From assembly GCA_049515895.1 (NCBI GenBank), contig JBEKTQ010000005.1, positions 64,001-128,000 of the forward strand: a DNA stretch of 64,000 nucleotides, in the 5' to 3' direction. The position numbers were made by a program, and so were the translations under genes. Below the pieces are notes generated by a model. The model was given only the letters and a program-made list of their open reading frames with translations, searched no databases and had not been told where the DNA came from. Each line of letters opens with the position of its first letter. Within the stretch, counting starts at the first letter, position 1. This document shows positions 38,528 to 49,900 of the stretch, in pieces. The DNA is from Candidatus Bathyarchaeia archaeon (GTDB lineage Archaea > Thermoproteota > Bathyarchaeia > Bathyarchaeales > Bathycorpusculaceae).

Positions 38528-39081
38528 TTCGACTCAATCCTTTCCAGTGCTCTCTTAGCTGCAAACTTGGCGTCTGCGGCACTATTATCGTTAACTATCA
38601 ACTGCTCAGCCATCGCTATAACGTTCCCCAGCCCGACGTTTAGCTCGCGTATATCACGTTCACGGAACACAGCCCAACCATCGGGGTCATCACTTCGGCG
38701 GCGGCTAAACAAGCGATTAAACCTTGTTTCAGGCGAAGCATGCACGGCTACAACGGTAAATTTTGCGAAATGTTTTTTGAAGGCGTCAACCTCGTAGAGG
38801 CTTCGCAATCCGTCAACGAGAACCTTGGCGCTTTCTTGTCCCTCAATTTTTGGAATACACTTTGAAGCGACCACTGTGTTTCCGCCTTCCTCACGGAGTT
38901 CAAGCATAATTTTGCCTACGTTTTGTGGCGTTAAATCCAAGCCGTGCTTGGCTGTTTCTTCCCTGACTATGTCGCCCATAACCACGATGGCGTAGCCGAA
39001 TTCGTGTGCGGCGTCAACGACCAGTGATTTGCCAGAGCCAGGCATCCCTGCTAAACCAACAACTAGTTTGTCAGTGTTCAT
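38515..39081 (-). CDS. UPF0200 nucleotide kinase (dephospho-CoA kinase-like)
   Basis: GMPGSGKS Walker A, MGDIVRE, DGLRS, RDIREL. Confidence 0.9.
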   Translation of the reverse strand: MNTDKLVVGLAGMPGSGKSLVVDAAHEFGYAIVVMGDIVREETAKHGLDLTPQNVGKIMLELREEGGNTVVASKCIPKIEGQESAKVLVDGLRSLYEVDAFKKHFAKFTVVAVHASPETRFNRLFSRRRSDDPDGWAVFRERDIRELNVGLGNVIAMAEQLIVNDNSAADAKFAAKRALERIESKWIK

Positions 39082-39371
39082 AGTGCACCCTTTTTTGTTT
39101 CTATGGCGTTAACTCACATTAAAGAGTATCTGAAACGCAAGGCAATGGTGAGTTATCAAACAACATAGACCAAGGCAAACGGTAACTCTCACATTCCAGA
39201 ACGGGGCTTAATTCTTTTTAACGATTCAAGTAGTTAGGCCAGTAGTGAATCCTCACTTCATTTGAAGAGTGAAATGAAAATACAAACAAAATGATGAGCG
39301 CAAACCGTTTGATTTTCGTTTTTAAAAGCATTTATGCTGGTAACAGTTAAAGTACACTAAAGGAATCCGCA

Positions 39372-39950
39372 ATGTCTGAACGAATTAGGAGCTTCATTGC
39401 CTTTGACATGGAAAACGATCAGGTGCTCAGCAAACTTGCCGACGCACAGAAACTTCTCCGAGAGACTGGCGCCGACCTCAAGCTTGTCGACCCTAAGAAC
39501 ATCCACGTAACCATGCGTTTTCTCGGCGACATCAGTCCTGGCATGGTGGACAAAATCCATGAAAAAATGAAGAACATTAAATTCACGCCCTTCACCATTC
39601 AACTCCGAGGGTTAGGTGTCTTTCCAAGCCTGAATTACCCAAGAGTCGTTTGGGCAGGCATGACCGAGGGTGCGGAACAGCTCAAAAGCATCTTCACTCA
39701 GTTGGAACCGCAGATACGCGCTCTAGGCTTTGCAGCGGATGCTTACGGTTTTAGTCCCCACTTGACTATAGCACGGGTTAGGTCAGGGGTTAACAAGCAG
39801 CGCCTTACTGAACTAGTTGCTAATAAGGCTGATTATGAGTTTGGGACTATTAATGCGAATTGCTTGCGGCTTAAAAGAAGCCAGCTTTCACCTAAGGGTC
39901 CAACTTACTCAACAATAAGAGAATTTTGTCCAACATTGAAACAAGAATGA
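39372..39950 (+). CDS. thpR: RNA 2',3'-cyclic phosphodiesterase (2H family)
   Basis: HVTMRF and PHLTIAR HxT motifs; GPTY. Confidence 0.95.
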   Translation: MSERIRSFIAFDMENDQVLSKLADAQKLLRETGADLKLVDPKNIHVTMRFLGDISPGMVDKIHEKMKNIKFTPFTIQLRGLGVFPSLNYPRVVWAGMTEGAEQLKSIFTQLEPQIRALGFAADAYGFSPHLTIARVRSGVNKQRLTELVANKADYEFGTINANCLRLKRSQLSPKGPTYSTIREFCPTLKQE

Positions 39951-41368
39951 TTTTCATGCAGGAAATTACACAGCAAGTTCTCATGCAAATTTCACCGACA
40001 GATGAAGACCGCACGAAAGTTGAGGCGGTAATCCGGGAGTTAGTGCAGAAAGTAGACATAGCCTGTAGGGAAGAAGGGGTTTCAGCGGTTGTGCGTGTTG
40101 AGGGCTCAGTAGCCAAAGACACTTGGCTTCGCGAGAACCCGGACATCGATATTTTTGTGCGTTTGCCTATCTCGATACCAAGAAAGAAACTGGGCGAAGT
40201 AGGCTTAAAAATAGCAAGGAAAGCAGCGGGCAGTTACCCGCAGGTTGAACGGTTCGCTGAGCACCCGTACCTTCAAATTGTGGTTGAGGGTTACCGCGTG
40301 GACATTGTTCCCTGCTACGATGCCAAACCCGGCGAGTGGCAAAGCGCCACAGACCGCACACCCTACCACACAGATTACATAAAAAAACATTTTACTACAG
40401 GACTGCGAAACGAGGTAAGGCTTCTTAAAAGCTTCATGCAGAGCACAGGCGTCTACGGAGCTGAAATAAAGGTTGGTGGGTTCAGCGGTTACCTTTGCGA
40501 ACTGTTGATAATGAGGTATGGGTCTTTCGGTGAAACCATAGAAGCTTTTGCACATTACAGTAAACGGGTAGTAGTCGACATCAAAGACCACTACGCTGGT
40601 AGGCAACGTGAGCTATCTCTGCTTTTCCCTGAGCCTCTGGTGATTGTTGACCCGGTTGATAAAGGAAGAAACGTCGCTTCCGCAGTGCAACCTGAGAAAC
40701 TATACAGTTTTGTTGCTGCTTCAAGAGCTTTCTTGCAGAAACCGGACTCAGCTTTCTTTTTCCCCCCAAAAACTAGAGCCCTGCCGCTTGAACGCCTAAA
40801 AACCCTGCTGGAAAGCCACGATTTATCAATCGTGTTTCTGGTAATTGATCAAGTTCCCTCTGTTCCCGATGTTCTTTGGGGTCAACTGTACAGAACAAAA
40901 CGTTCACTGCACAAGTTAATAGAGCTCAACGACTGCAAAATTCTTAAAGACGCGGTTTGGAGTAACGAAAAAAACCTAAGCATTTTCATTTTTGAATTGG
41001 AGCAGCAAATTTTGCCGAAAATCAAGAAGCACCTCGGTCCACCGCTTGAACGGGAACCCGAGTGCAAATCTTTTTTGGAGAAGTACGTTTGGAACGAGCA
41101 CATTACTTCAGGACCCTTCGTCGAGGACGGTCGTTGGATGGTGTTGTTGCCGCGCAAAACAACCGACGTCGTCATGCTATTGAGGGACAAGCTGGCTGGG
41201 GGAGGCAAAAGTGTTGGCGTTGCAGACCTGATTGCTGAATCAATCCGCAAGAAACTCAAGGTTATGGTTAACGGCGAAATAAGCGGAGTATACTCTGAGA
41301 ATGGCGATTTTGCAGTGTTCCTGACCGAATTTACCTCTGGCAGACCGTTCTGGCTGAAAAAACCATAG
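39947..41368 (+). CDS. cca: CCA-adding tRNA nucleotidyltransferase (class I)
   Basis: GSVAKDTWL..PDIDIF, AEHPY, DRTPYH, GFSGYLCEL, DPVD.GRNVA. ATGA overlap with the thpR stop. Confidence 0.96.
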   Translation: MIFMQEITQQVLMQISPTDEDRTKVEAVIRELVQKVDIACREEGVSAVVRVEGSVAKDTWLRENPDIDIFVRLPISIPRKKLGEVGLKIARKAAGSYPQVERFAEHPYLQIVVEGYRVDIVPCYDAKPGEWQSATDRTPYHTDYIKKHFTTGLRNEVRLLKSFMQSTGVYGAEIKVGGFSGYLCELLIMRYGSFGETIEAFAHYSKRVVVDIKDHYAGRQRELSLLFPEPLVIVDPVDKGRNVASAVQPEKLYSFVAASRAFLQKPDSAFFFPPKTRALPLERLKTLLESHDLSIVFLVIDQVPSVPDVLWGQLYRTKRSLHKLIELNDCKILKDAVWSNEKNLSIFIFELEQQILPKIKKHLGPPLEREPECKSFLEKYVWNEHITSGPFVEDGRWMVLLPRKTTDVVMLLRDKLAGGGKSVGVADLIAESIRKKLKVMVNGEISGVYSENGDFAVFLTEFTSGRPFWLKKP

Positions 41369-41479
41369 AGGACAACGAGTTCAGTGTTTTTGGCCTGTTC
41401 CACTGAAAGAACAGTTTGTTCCTTGAGGAGAGCTATTAGAAAGAATGCTGCGTTCTCTAAATGTAAAGAAGAATAGAAC

Positions 41480-42592
41480 GTGATAAACACGAGAGGTAAG
41501 TTACTGATTATATGCGTTCTCGTTTGTCTGGTCAGTCTAAACACCGCCAGGATTGGCGTTAGGGCTCAGCCCGGTGGAGCCATCGTTATTAATGCTGACG
41601 GCTCGATTTGGGGAACCAGTTTGATCCAGCGTCAAGGAAATATTTACAGCCTCGCAGGCAACATTTACGACATGCCTATCACCGTGTCATGCAGCAACAT
41701 TGTTCTTGACGGCGAAGGGTTTGCGCTTCAGGGTGCAGGCGGCTGGGGGACGCCTGGGGTCGCAGGCTTGGAGAACTCTGCTGCGATAGACCTTGCGTGC
41801 AGCAATGTAACTGTTCGTGACTTTGACATATGGGGCTGGGAAACAGGGGTCGCAGGTGCCTACGACGGCAACGCAGTTACTGACAACAATATTAGCAGAA
41901 CAGAAAACGCGATCGCGATTTACGCTGACAAGTACATTGTAAACTGCAACTCCTTTTCGGACAGCATTTACGGGGTCTACATCAAGGGCAGCAATAACTT
42001 TGTCTCGCAAAACCAGATTGCTGCCAACTATTGCGGCATAATGATTTACCCGACTATCGAGACCACAGTAACGGAGAACAACTTCACGGGCAATGAAGTC
42101 TGCCTTACCATTGGCACCTATGACAATTTCAGTTACCAAATTTACGATAACAACTTCATAATCAAATCGAACTCGACGGTTGTCGAAACAACCTCAGACG
42201 CTTTGGGACCCTCCGATACTGGAACGCTTCCCCCGTGGGATAACGGCTCGATAGGTAACTACTGGAGTGACTACTCTGCAATGTACCCGAACGCCGCCCA
42301 AGTCGACAACTCAAGCATCGGCAACACACCCTACTTAATCCGCACCAACCCCACAGTCATAGACCGCTACCCGCTTATGACCCCCGCTTCACCTCGAAAC
42401 ACAAATCAATCATCATCCTTTGAGACGACTAATGACGATTCGACTCCACCCTTCTCAAAAGCTGAACCAGAGTCTTCTCAAAGTCTACGGAGCAGAACCA
42501 TAGAGTTTTCGTTTGCAACCGCCGCAATCATTTCGGTAGCATCGTGCATCGTTGTGTTAGCGTTTAGAAACAAGTTGTTCTGGCTCAAATAA
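41480..42592 (+). CDS. Secreted NosD/CASH right-handed beta-helix protein with C-terminal TM
   Basis: IVINADGSI, Asn-rich repeats, WDNGSIGNYWSDY, IDRYPLM. Confidence 0.82.
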   Translation: MINTRGKLLIICVLVCLVSLNTARIGVRAQPGGAIVINADGSIWGTSLIQRQGNIYSLAGNIYDMPITVSCSNIVLDGEGFALQGAGGWGTPGVAGLENSAAIDLACSNVTVRDFDIWGWETGVAGAYDGNAVTDNNISRTENAIAIYADKYIVNCNSFSDSIYGVYIKGSNNFVSQNQIAANYCGIMIYPTIETTVTENNFTGNEVCLTIGTYDNFSYQIYDNNFIIKSNSTVVETTSDALGPSDTGTLPPWDNGSIGNYWSDYSAMYPNAAQVDNSSIGNTPYLIRTNPTVIDRYPLMTPASPRNTNQSSSFETTNDDSTPPFSKAEPESSQSLRSRTIEFSFATAAIISVASCIVVLAFRNKLFWLK

Positions 42593-42642
42593 AACCACCA
42601 GCAAAACTTCTTTTTTATTTACCGAAAAGAAGTCGGGTAGGT

Positions 42643-43824
42643 CTATTGGGTCACTGAGTGGTACCAGCTGATTATGTATTCAGGCAGGTTTAAACCTCTT
42701 TGACCGAGCCGTTCAGCAAGCTTGACAGGCACTGGACTCAACGCGAAGGCTGCTCGGGTGTAGAACCGTCTTGGCGTAAGTGGCTTAGCTTCCTCAGGAA
42801 GGACAAGTGCCATGTCTGCCTTCTTTGCAAGAGTCGAGTCTTTGGAGCTGGTTATCGCGAAAACTGTTCCAGCGAACTTTTTGATGACGTCAGCCCAGAT
42901 GATGACAGGTCTTGTTTCGCCCGAATAAGAAATTAGGATTTCAAGGTCACCTGCCCTCGGATGCGGCGTATTAACGCCCCTAGTGATGTAGACGTTGTCT
43001 CCGAGGAAGCTTTTGATGTGGAATAGCCTGACGCCTGTCATCTTGGCAATTTCGTTAGCAGTGCCTTTTCCACCAAGGAAAACGTTTGTTCGTTTTTCAA
43101 GCAAATCGACAAGTTGCGTGTACGTTTCAGAGTTTACGTTCGAGTCTATGATGTCCCCAATTCTTTCAAGTTCATCAACGCAAAGCTGGAAAACGTCTTC
43201 AACCTCAAGATTTCGGAACACCGCTTCAACCATGCTGTTCAAAAGTTCCAGCGTGCCCAGTTCGAATATGTCGCCCATCATACCTGTCTCGCTGTACTCG
43301 GTTCCAGGCTTTGACTTGCCACGGCCTTTAAGCTCAACCACGTGACCATACTTGTCAACTAACTCGCCCAGCGGCGACTCAGGGGCAGAGGTAAAAAGGC
43401 CCATCGAGAACCTGTTTGTTTTCTTCTCTTCGATGTACTGGGCTAAATCCTGCGCCATCACCAAGGGATCATCAGAATAACCGCTACCGCTATTTATTAG
43501 AAGCAACGTTTTCTTGTAGCGCCTCGCAAGGTCGGCTGCCGCATCGTACATGCTTTTGCCTGGAAAACCCGGGTCATCCGGTGTCAAAACCACCTTGTTC
43601 CGCCAACCCTCTTGGCTAAGCGCAATCTGGCTTAACGCAGCGTTCAATGAGTAAAGTGATCTGCCCGACCCACCACAGATTACACAGTCAGCTGATTTTA
43701 AATCGTTATACAGGGGTGAAAGCTCTCTGTGCTTTATACTAAGGATGTTTTCTTGGATTTTGTTGATATACCCTATGCTACTTATTTTGCTTTTGATACC
43801 AACGACACCCGCGTGCAAAAACAT
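42643..43824 (-). CDS. Tandem SIS-domain sugar-phosphate isomerase (3-hexulose-6-phosphate isomerase-like)
   Basis: GSGRS, INSGSG, MGDIFE, second domain ISYSGET. Start uncertain. Confidence 0.75.
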   Translation of the reverse strand: MFLHAGVVGIKSKISSIGYINKIQENILSIKHRELSPLYNDLKSADCVICGGSGRSLYSLNAALSQIALSQEGWRNKVVLTPDDPGFPGKSMYDAAADLARRYKKTLLLINSGSGYSDDPLVMAQDLAQYIEEKKTNRFSMGLFTSAPESPLGELVDKYGHVVELKGRGKSKPGTEYSETGMMGDIFELGTLELLNSMVEAVFRNLEVEDVFQLCVDELERIGDIIDSNVNSETYTQLVDLLEKRTNVFLGGKGTANEIAKMTGVRLFHIKSFLGDNVYITRGVNTPHPRAGDLEILISYSGETRPVIIWADVIKKFAGTVFAITSSKDSTLAKKADMALVLPEEAKPLTPRRFYTRAAFALSPVPVKLAERLGQRGLNLPEYIISWYHSVTQ

Positions 43825-43987
43825 GATTTAACGACACAGTATATTATCCTTGCGCTCACCAGCATGTAAAAAAACCTAGCACGCCACGTAGTGCTTAACT
43901 TCATGGTTCTTGACAAGAGTTTCCCAAAAGCGCCGCTAAAGGTTTATATCAAAAGAAGCCTTCAGCCAAAGAACTCGGTGAAAATTA

Positions 43988-44623
43988 ATGCCATCTCACA
44001 CAAGCGCCGAAAAATTCCAGTTTATCGCAAAATTAGCATTGGAGATGGGTGCTGCTGACGCCAAAGTAATCCCTGCCAAAAAAGTGGTAGTTGAAGACCG
44101 AGTGGTTCTCAAATGCAAAATCGGCTGCAACAACTACGGCAAAACCCTAGCTTGTCCACCCTACACTCCGTCGGCTGAAGAGTTCAGGAAAATCGTTGAC
44201 GAGTACGATTACGCCGTGTTCATGAAGTTCAAGTCGAAAGCTACGGCTGACGCAGAAGTGCTAAAGAACCTTAATGTTGCCGAATCCGACCCGACCGTGC
44301 TAAAAGAAATCAAGGAAAAGACGACGAAGTTTTGGGCAGACTGGAAAGCCGATAAGAAAAAAATGCTACAAACCGTGGTTGACTTGGAAAAAGCAGCCAT
44401 GAAAGAAGGCTACAGCTTAGCGATCTCGTTCGTTTCGGGAACCTGCCAGCTCTGCGACAAATGTAACACTCAAACAAGAATTTGCGTGCATCCCGAGTTG
44501 GCGCGCTGGTCAGAGGACGCTGTTGGCGTAAATGTGAAAAAAACGGCAACCAACGCTGGGATCGAAATTAGCTTTCCATTCACGAAAAACCCTGAATCCT
44601 TCGCGTTGCTTCTGATAGATTAA
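43988..44623 (+). CDS. DUF2284 Cys-rich putative metal-binding protein
   Basis: LKCKIGC.NYG...CPP and GTCQLCDKC...C.HP motifs. Confidence 0.85.
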   Translation: MPSHTSAEKFQFIAKLALEMGAADAKVIPAKKVVVEDRVVLKCKIGCNNYGKTLACPPYTPSAEEFRKIVDEYDYAVFMKFKSKATADAEVLKNLNVAESDPTVLKEIKEKTTKFWADWKADKKKMLQTVVDLEKAAMKEGYSLAISFVSGTCQLCDKCNTQTRICVHPELARWSEDAVGVNVKKTATNAGIEISFPFTKNPESFALLLID

Positions 44624-44675
44624 GCAAATAGCTGCAGTGGAAATTTCTTTTAACATGGCAGAAATTGTGACCCTG

Positions 44676-45758
44676 TTACAAGGATTTTTTGAGGAAGGAA
44701 TTAAGTTTTTTCCATGTTGGGTGATTTCCTTCGGGGTCAGATAGGTAGCAGGCGGAAACCGCGTTTGCCAGCGTCAGGCGACACTGATCTGAAAGATTGT
44801 TGTGGTCACCTATTATGTTTCCCGCTGTCCAAGCGTCGCCCGCGCCTGTCGCCCTCAACACCTTAATCTTGAATGTGGGCGCCAATGCCTCCGTTTTGCC
44901 TTTTAAAGTCGCGGAGAAAGAAGCGGTGTGAAGGTCAATTCTCGCCTGCAGGTGTTTCGCCAGAACCCGAGCCGCCTCTAAAGCCACTTCAGCAAACGGC
45001 AAATTGGTCCTTTTGTCATCAAACGTTTTGTCAAGTAAGCGAGCGTAGACGACTGCTTCGTTTTCGTTTAGGCTTAAGATGTCGAGTAATTGTGACTTGA
45101 AGATTTTTTCAATTAAATCAGGAATTGCGTGAATGTTTGGCGTTGGGTCGGCGGTGTCGTAGTAAGTTTTTCCTTTTCCCAGCTTTTTTGTCTTGCCGAA
45201 GACTCCTTGGGCAAGTTGTGTACCGTTCTTTGTAGTCCCAGCCCAATTAAAAAGACAAGCGTAATCCGCGTTTTCAATTGCCGCGTAATCGCTCTCATTC
45301 AAGTTGTCAGGTCCAAAATCTGCCAGAGCGCCTAAGTCGCGTATCATTACGTTCGTTTTTGCACCTTTGTTTCTTAACTCCAGCGCAGTTGTTATTGAAG
45401 CCTTACCCAGCACCTTCACATGTGAAGTGTCAACCGTGGTACCTCTGAAATAATACCTTATTTGCTCCAGCCCCCACTTGCTTGTGCAAACAATCGGCGT
45501 AACCTTAACGCCTAGGTTTGCCAAGGCTGAAGCTACGTTGACGGCGTTTCCTCCCTGCATGTCAGTTTGAGGAATGCCATCTAGGCTGCCGCCTTTGCGT
45601 TTTGCTACTTCTCCTATTAGACGCGAAAATTCACGTGGATTCCAATCCAGATTGATTAGGCGGTCAAGAAAAAAATCTGGTAAAACCGCAACCTTGCATT
45701 CTTTCCATTCTTGTTTTGCAAAGGATTCGAGTTCGTTTTTGCACTCTACAATGGACAT
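44676..45758 (-). CDS. PfkB/ribokinase-family carbohydrate kinase
   Basis: GGNAVN, LNENEA, ATGAGDAW. Confidence 0.88.
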   Translation of the reverse strand: MSIVECKNELESFAKQEWKECKVAVLPDFFLDRLINLDWNPREFSRLIGEVAKRKGGSLDGIPQTDMQGGNAVNVASALANLGVKVTPIVCTSKWGLEQIRYYFRGTTVDTSHVKVLGKASITTALELRNKGAKTNVMIRDLGALADFGPDNLNESDYAAIENADYACLFNWAGTTKNGTQLAQGVFGKTKKLGKGKTYYDTADPTPNIHAIPDLIEKIFKSQLLDILSLNENEAVVYARLLDKTFDDKRTNLPFAEVALEAARVLAKHLQARIDLHTASFSATLKGKTEALAPTFKIKVLRATGAGDAWTAGNIIGDHNNLSDQCRLTLANAVSACYLSDPEGNHPTWKKLNSFLKKSL

Positions 45759-45831
45759 TAGACGGCTCCTTAGCGGTTATTTCCAAAAAGCTTAAAACAA
45801 TCTAGCCATTAAAAGGTTTGTTAGTGGCTAA

Positions 45832-46110
45832 ATGGGGATTGGGGTAAGGAATTTGAAGTTCAAAACGGAAGTTTGCCTCTTATCACTTGCTCTTTCGTTA
45901 TTCGTGGTAAGCGCTTTCTTTTACTCTTACCAAACTGGCAGCACAAGTCTGATGTTGAATTGGGGGTCTTACCCGTATCAGGGGTACAGCCTTGCATTGG
46001 TTGGTTTTGGCGCCGTTCTCACGTTGGTTGCTTTTGTGTCTTATTCAAAACGTGGCAAGAGTATTTACATTGAAACTTTTGATTTTTCAAGCGAGGATAA
46101 ATCTAACTAG
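45832..46110 (+). CDS. Small two-TM membrane protein
   Basis: Two hydrophobic segments; fills the gap between divergent pfkB and the convergent peptidase. Confidence 0.65.
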   Translation: MGIGVRNLKFKTEVCLLSLALSLFVVSAFFYSYQTGSTSLMLNWGSYPYQGYSLALVGFGAVLTLVAFVSYSKRGKSIYIETFDFSSEDKSN

Positions 46111-46905
46111 CATCCATACAATATCCCCGCACAGTAGGGCAACGATTAAACCCGCAGTTATGAATATTAACATGGGTAATCCTGGGGTTGCCCACACGTA
46201 GGTGTCGATTTTTCCTGTTTGAGCGGCGTTGGATAAACGTTCGACGATTCCGTTTCTTCCCTCATCATTGGGAATAACCACCAATTTTCGTTTTAGAACG
46301 TTTTCGTCGTCAGCTTCAACGTCTTCCATAGGGAAGATATGCCATTTCTCTTTTAGTTTTGCAATAGTCACTTTGTAGCCTGTTATTAGGATAAGGATTT
46401 TTTTCCATGCTGACTCATGTACAAGTGTTCCCGTAAACATTTTTTTCCCATTTTTCTTGTGCCACACAAAATTGCGCAGTATCATGTACAAGCCGCTTGC
46501 TGCCGCAAACAAGACGCCGTTGCTGAAGATGGTCATTGGATATATTACTTGGGAGACAGGGGACAAGCTGTTTGCTATGATGGGCGTGAACAGGACGACA
46601 GGAGCGAATGGCAGGGAAAAGGCAATGCACATGAGGGCTTTTGAGTCTGCACCTCCGAATGCTCCAGAATAGAAAAGTAGGAAGGCTAACCCAATTGTGA
46701 AGCCTACGCTTACCCCGAAGAGAACAAGTTTGGATTGGTCAAAAAGAAGCAGGTCCGATACACTGAGCGCAATTGCTATTGGCGCGTAGACCGCCCAAAC
46801 CCAATTGCTTACTTCCCGGGTTTTATAGTCGCTCCATGACGAATAAAGCAGGATGACCAATGTAACGGCCACCTGTGACCCGATTAGAAGAAGTTGGTAG
46901 GTCAA
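46087..46905 (-). CDS. Class III signal peptidase (prepilin/preflagellin peptidase, FlaK/PibD-like, A24)
   Basis: SDYKTREV and FGGADSK catalytic aspartates, WATPGLPM; last gene of the pilus locus. Confidence 0.92.
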   Translation of the reverse strand: MTYQLLLIGSQVAVTLVILLYSSWSDYKTREVSNWVWAVYAPIAIALSVSDLLLFDQSKLVLFGVSVGFTIGLAFLLFYSGAFGGADSKALMCIAFSLPFAPVVLFTPIIANSLSPVSQVIYPMTIFSNGVLFAAASGLYMILRNFVWHKKNGKKMFTGTLVHESAWKKILILITGYKVTIAKLKEKWHIFPMEDVEADDENVLKRKLVVIPNDEGRNGIVERLSNAAQTGKIDTYVWATPGLPMLIFITAGLIVALLCGDIVWMLVRFILA

Positions 46906-46996
46906 CTTGTCACCTTTCGGTTTAAACTAGAACCTTAATTCCATTTAAGGAATATGAACATAAAATACTTAACGCAAATAAAGATTAAGAAAGCTA

Positions 46997-49900
46997 TTAG
47001 TTGCCGCAGGTCACATCGATGATCGGCGGCATTTCAGCAAGCACCCAGAGCCCAGGCGAAACCCCGTTGTAGATTGGAATCACCGAGTTGTCAAAAGTCA
47101 CGATTGCCCCATACCATGAAACGTCTAAAGCATAGGTGAAGGACAGTGAACTTTGCGGCATCACTGGAAGCAGCGAAATTGTTTCAGACGTGCTGTTTGC
47201 GCTTAAGGCGCCTCTTGGAGTCGCGGGACTCATACTGTCAAACCTGTAGAGTGCATGGTTAAATCCGTCAGTATACATTATGCCTGCACCGGTGTTTCCA
47301 TTTGTGAATTGGCTCCAATGATGGATCCAGGTTTGTGTGGCGTTGAAGACTTGTGTTCCGCTGGCGGCTACTGGGTCGCCTTGGGATGTTCCGTTTTCAG
47401 TTTGCAGCTGGTTTATGGTGGAAGTCAACGAGATTGGGCACAGCTCATTTATGTTGCGTGGCTGGCTTGAGCTGATGAACATAAGGCTGAGTTGGTAGGT
47501 GAAGTAGGTTGCGTTTGCAGGCAGCGTCAACACAATGTTAGCGTAGAGGTTTGGGCAACCGGGAACTCCGCCCGGATATCCTGTAGGCTGCCATTCAGCT
47601 TCCTGCTGAACTATGTCCCGCACTACGCCGTTGACTATCACGTAGTCTATTCCTGACCCGTAGGTGCTTGTAAAACCGTTTATCTGCATGAAGTTGGCGG
47701 TGCTCGTGGTGCCGCTGTCAAGAACTTTTGATGTTGCGGTGAATGGGCTAACGTTAAATTGGATGCCTAACTGCCCGTTGCTGACATAGTTGTTGTTTGT
47801 GTTGTACGAGAAAGGAGAACGGGCATAAGCCAAAGAGGTTTGGACTGCTTGACTGCTGCCGTTCCACCATAAAGTAAATGCCGACACGTGAGTGTTCACG
47901 AGAAAAACAACCATTTGCCTATTGCCAAAAACCGTGGCGTTGTTTGTTAAGCCCAGCGGCACGGTGTAGGATGAAGCCCAATCCTCAATTTGGAAGGGCA
48001 CTTGCTGGTTTACGCCGTTTATGGTTTCGTTAACGTGAAGGGCTTTCACGGGTACAGGTGGGACAGGAATTGTCTGCGAGGTAACTTTCAAGTTTTGCCC
48101 GAGCCAAATCATGGTTCCATTCTGAAGAAGCTCCACCGCGACTGTTGCCGCCGGGTTCGTCAGTGACGTGAATATGTCTTGGTTAGATTGAGGTCTAATC
48201 AATCCGGCAGCTACTTGCCAAGTGTTCAGGGCGGTGTCACCTTGCTTGGTGAATTTTATTGTGAAGGTTGTTGAGCCTGAATTTAGGTAGGAGTTGATGG
48301 ACATGTTGTTCCAACCGCTTACGAGGCCCGATGACAGGGTCTGCCATGTAGCCCCGTTCCAAGCGGACACAGCCACCTTGTTGGAGCTCATTGTGCCAGC
48401 GTCTATGCAGAGGGTGGGATGAAGAAGCGTCGTCATGTTCAGGTTTATCCACTGCTCTTCAAGGTTTAGGCCGAAGCTCGCGTCGCCGCACGTAAACGTT
48501 GCTGAATCGATGTTAACGTTGAACGGTTGTGAAGCTGTTACCGTGAATCGCATCGTCCAGTCACCCATGCTGTCTCGGAACTGGGATGGAGCTGGACTGC
48601 TGCTGCTTAGGAAAGATTGGCTGTACGGGGTGATGGATGCCCCCAAATTTGTCACGGTAAAATAGCCGTTTCCGCTGCCCGGGTACCCTGACCCATAATT
48701 GTAAAGTTGAAAGACAGCGTTAGCGTTCGCCACTGTTGCGTCGGCATCCATTTCCCACAGAAGGCTATTCCAAGTGTTCAAGTCAGATTTGCCTGAAAGC
48801 TCTGCTTCGCACGTGTACTGTGCTGGAAGAAGGAGGTTGCCGACGCTTGTTTGCTGTGAAAGTGTTAGCCCGCTGTTGTCAATCATCAAGTAGGCGTTGG
48901 TGTTATCCTGGGTTGACGCGCTAACATAATAGTCTATCTCCAAATAATCCGTTTGGCTTACAACGGTGTATGCTGGGAAATTGTAGGTTCCTGAAAGCGT
49001 GGATGCGGAGGTTGTCAAGGCGCCAGATGGCGCGACACCCGAAACCAAGGTTTGCCTTAAAGTGCCTGATGACTCCCGAATTAGAATGTTTACATCGATT
49101 TTTCCCACCGCCACGCTGGCAGCAGGATTAATTAGAACTGCACAGCAAGCGTAACCGACCGTTTTCGAGGGTTGCCACGCTAACGTTACGGTTCCAACTG
49201 ACGGGTTTAGTACGTCGTCTCCGTAACCCATGTATTTCTGCCCTGTTTGGCTCCACCTTGGGTCGGAGGCGCCGTTGTTGTCGGTAATGCTGTACACCTG
49301 ACCTAGATTTGTGCCTATACTTGCGTACACAGCCTGCCCGACGCCTGTTGCTGTAACAGCCACCGACGGGGATGAGCCGTAGTTTGCAGCGCTATTTTGG
49401 GTTTGAACCGGATTTGATTGGTTTACACTTGAGTAAGAAACTGCTCCTCCGACCGCCGTTGAGCTGGCAGACATGGTTACTTGAATTGAATGGCTGCCTG
49501 ACGTGGGAGCTACTAGGTAAAATATGTATGTTCGTACTTGTGGGTTGGAGTTGGAAGAGTACGCGTTTGTTGATTCCTGAGTCATTGTTACGCCGTTATA
49601 TTTCACGTTTGAAACCGTTGCGGGTCCAGATGCACCTGCAGCCTTAGACACAGCTACTGTGACAACTAGTAGGCGGTTGTTTCCGCTTCCGACATTGTGG
49701 CTCCAAGAAAAGGTTGTGGTGCCACCCGTGTAAGTGTACGATGATTGAGCGTCGTAGCTCACTGACGAAACAGAGTCTTTCCATGCCCTATAATTGAATG
49801 TCCACGTGTTTGCGGGGATCGTGGACAGCCCTTGTAGGCTGTAGACTACTTTGCCTAAAAGAGTGCTTGAACTTGACATGGAGCCGCTAAACGTGTATCC

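Noticed and set aside
38129-41368. UPF0201-UPF0200 / thpR-cca cluster as a new RNA repair system
   Set aside because: This is a widely conserved archaeal gene neighbourhood.
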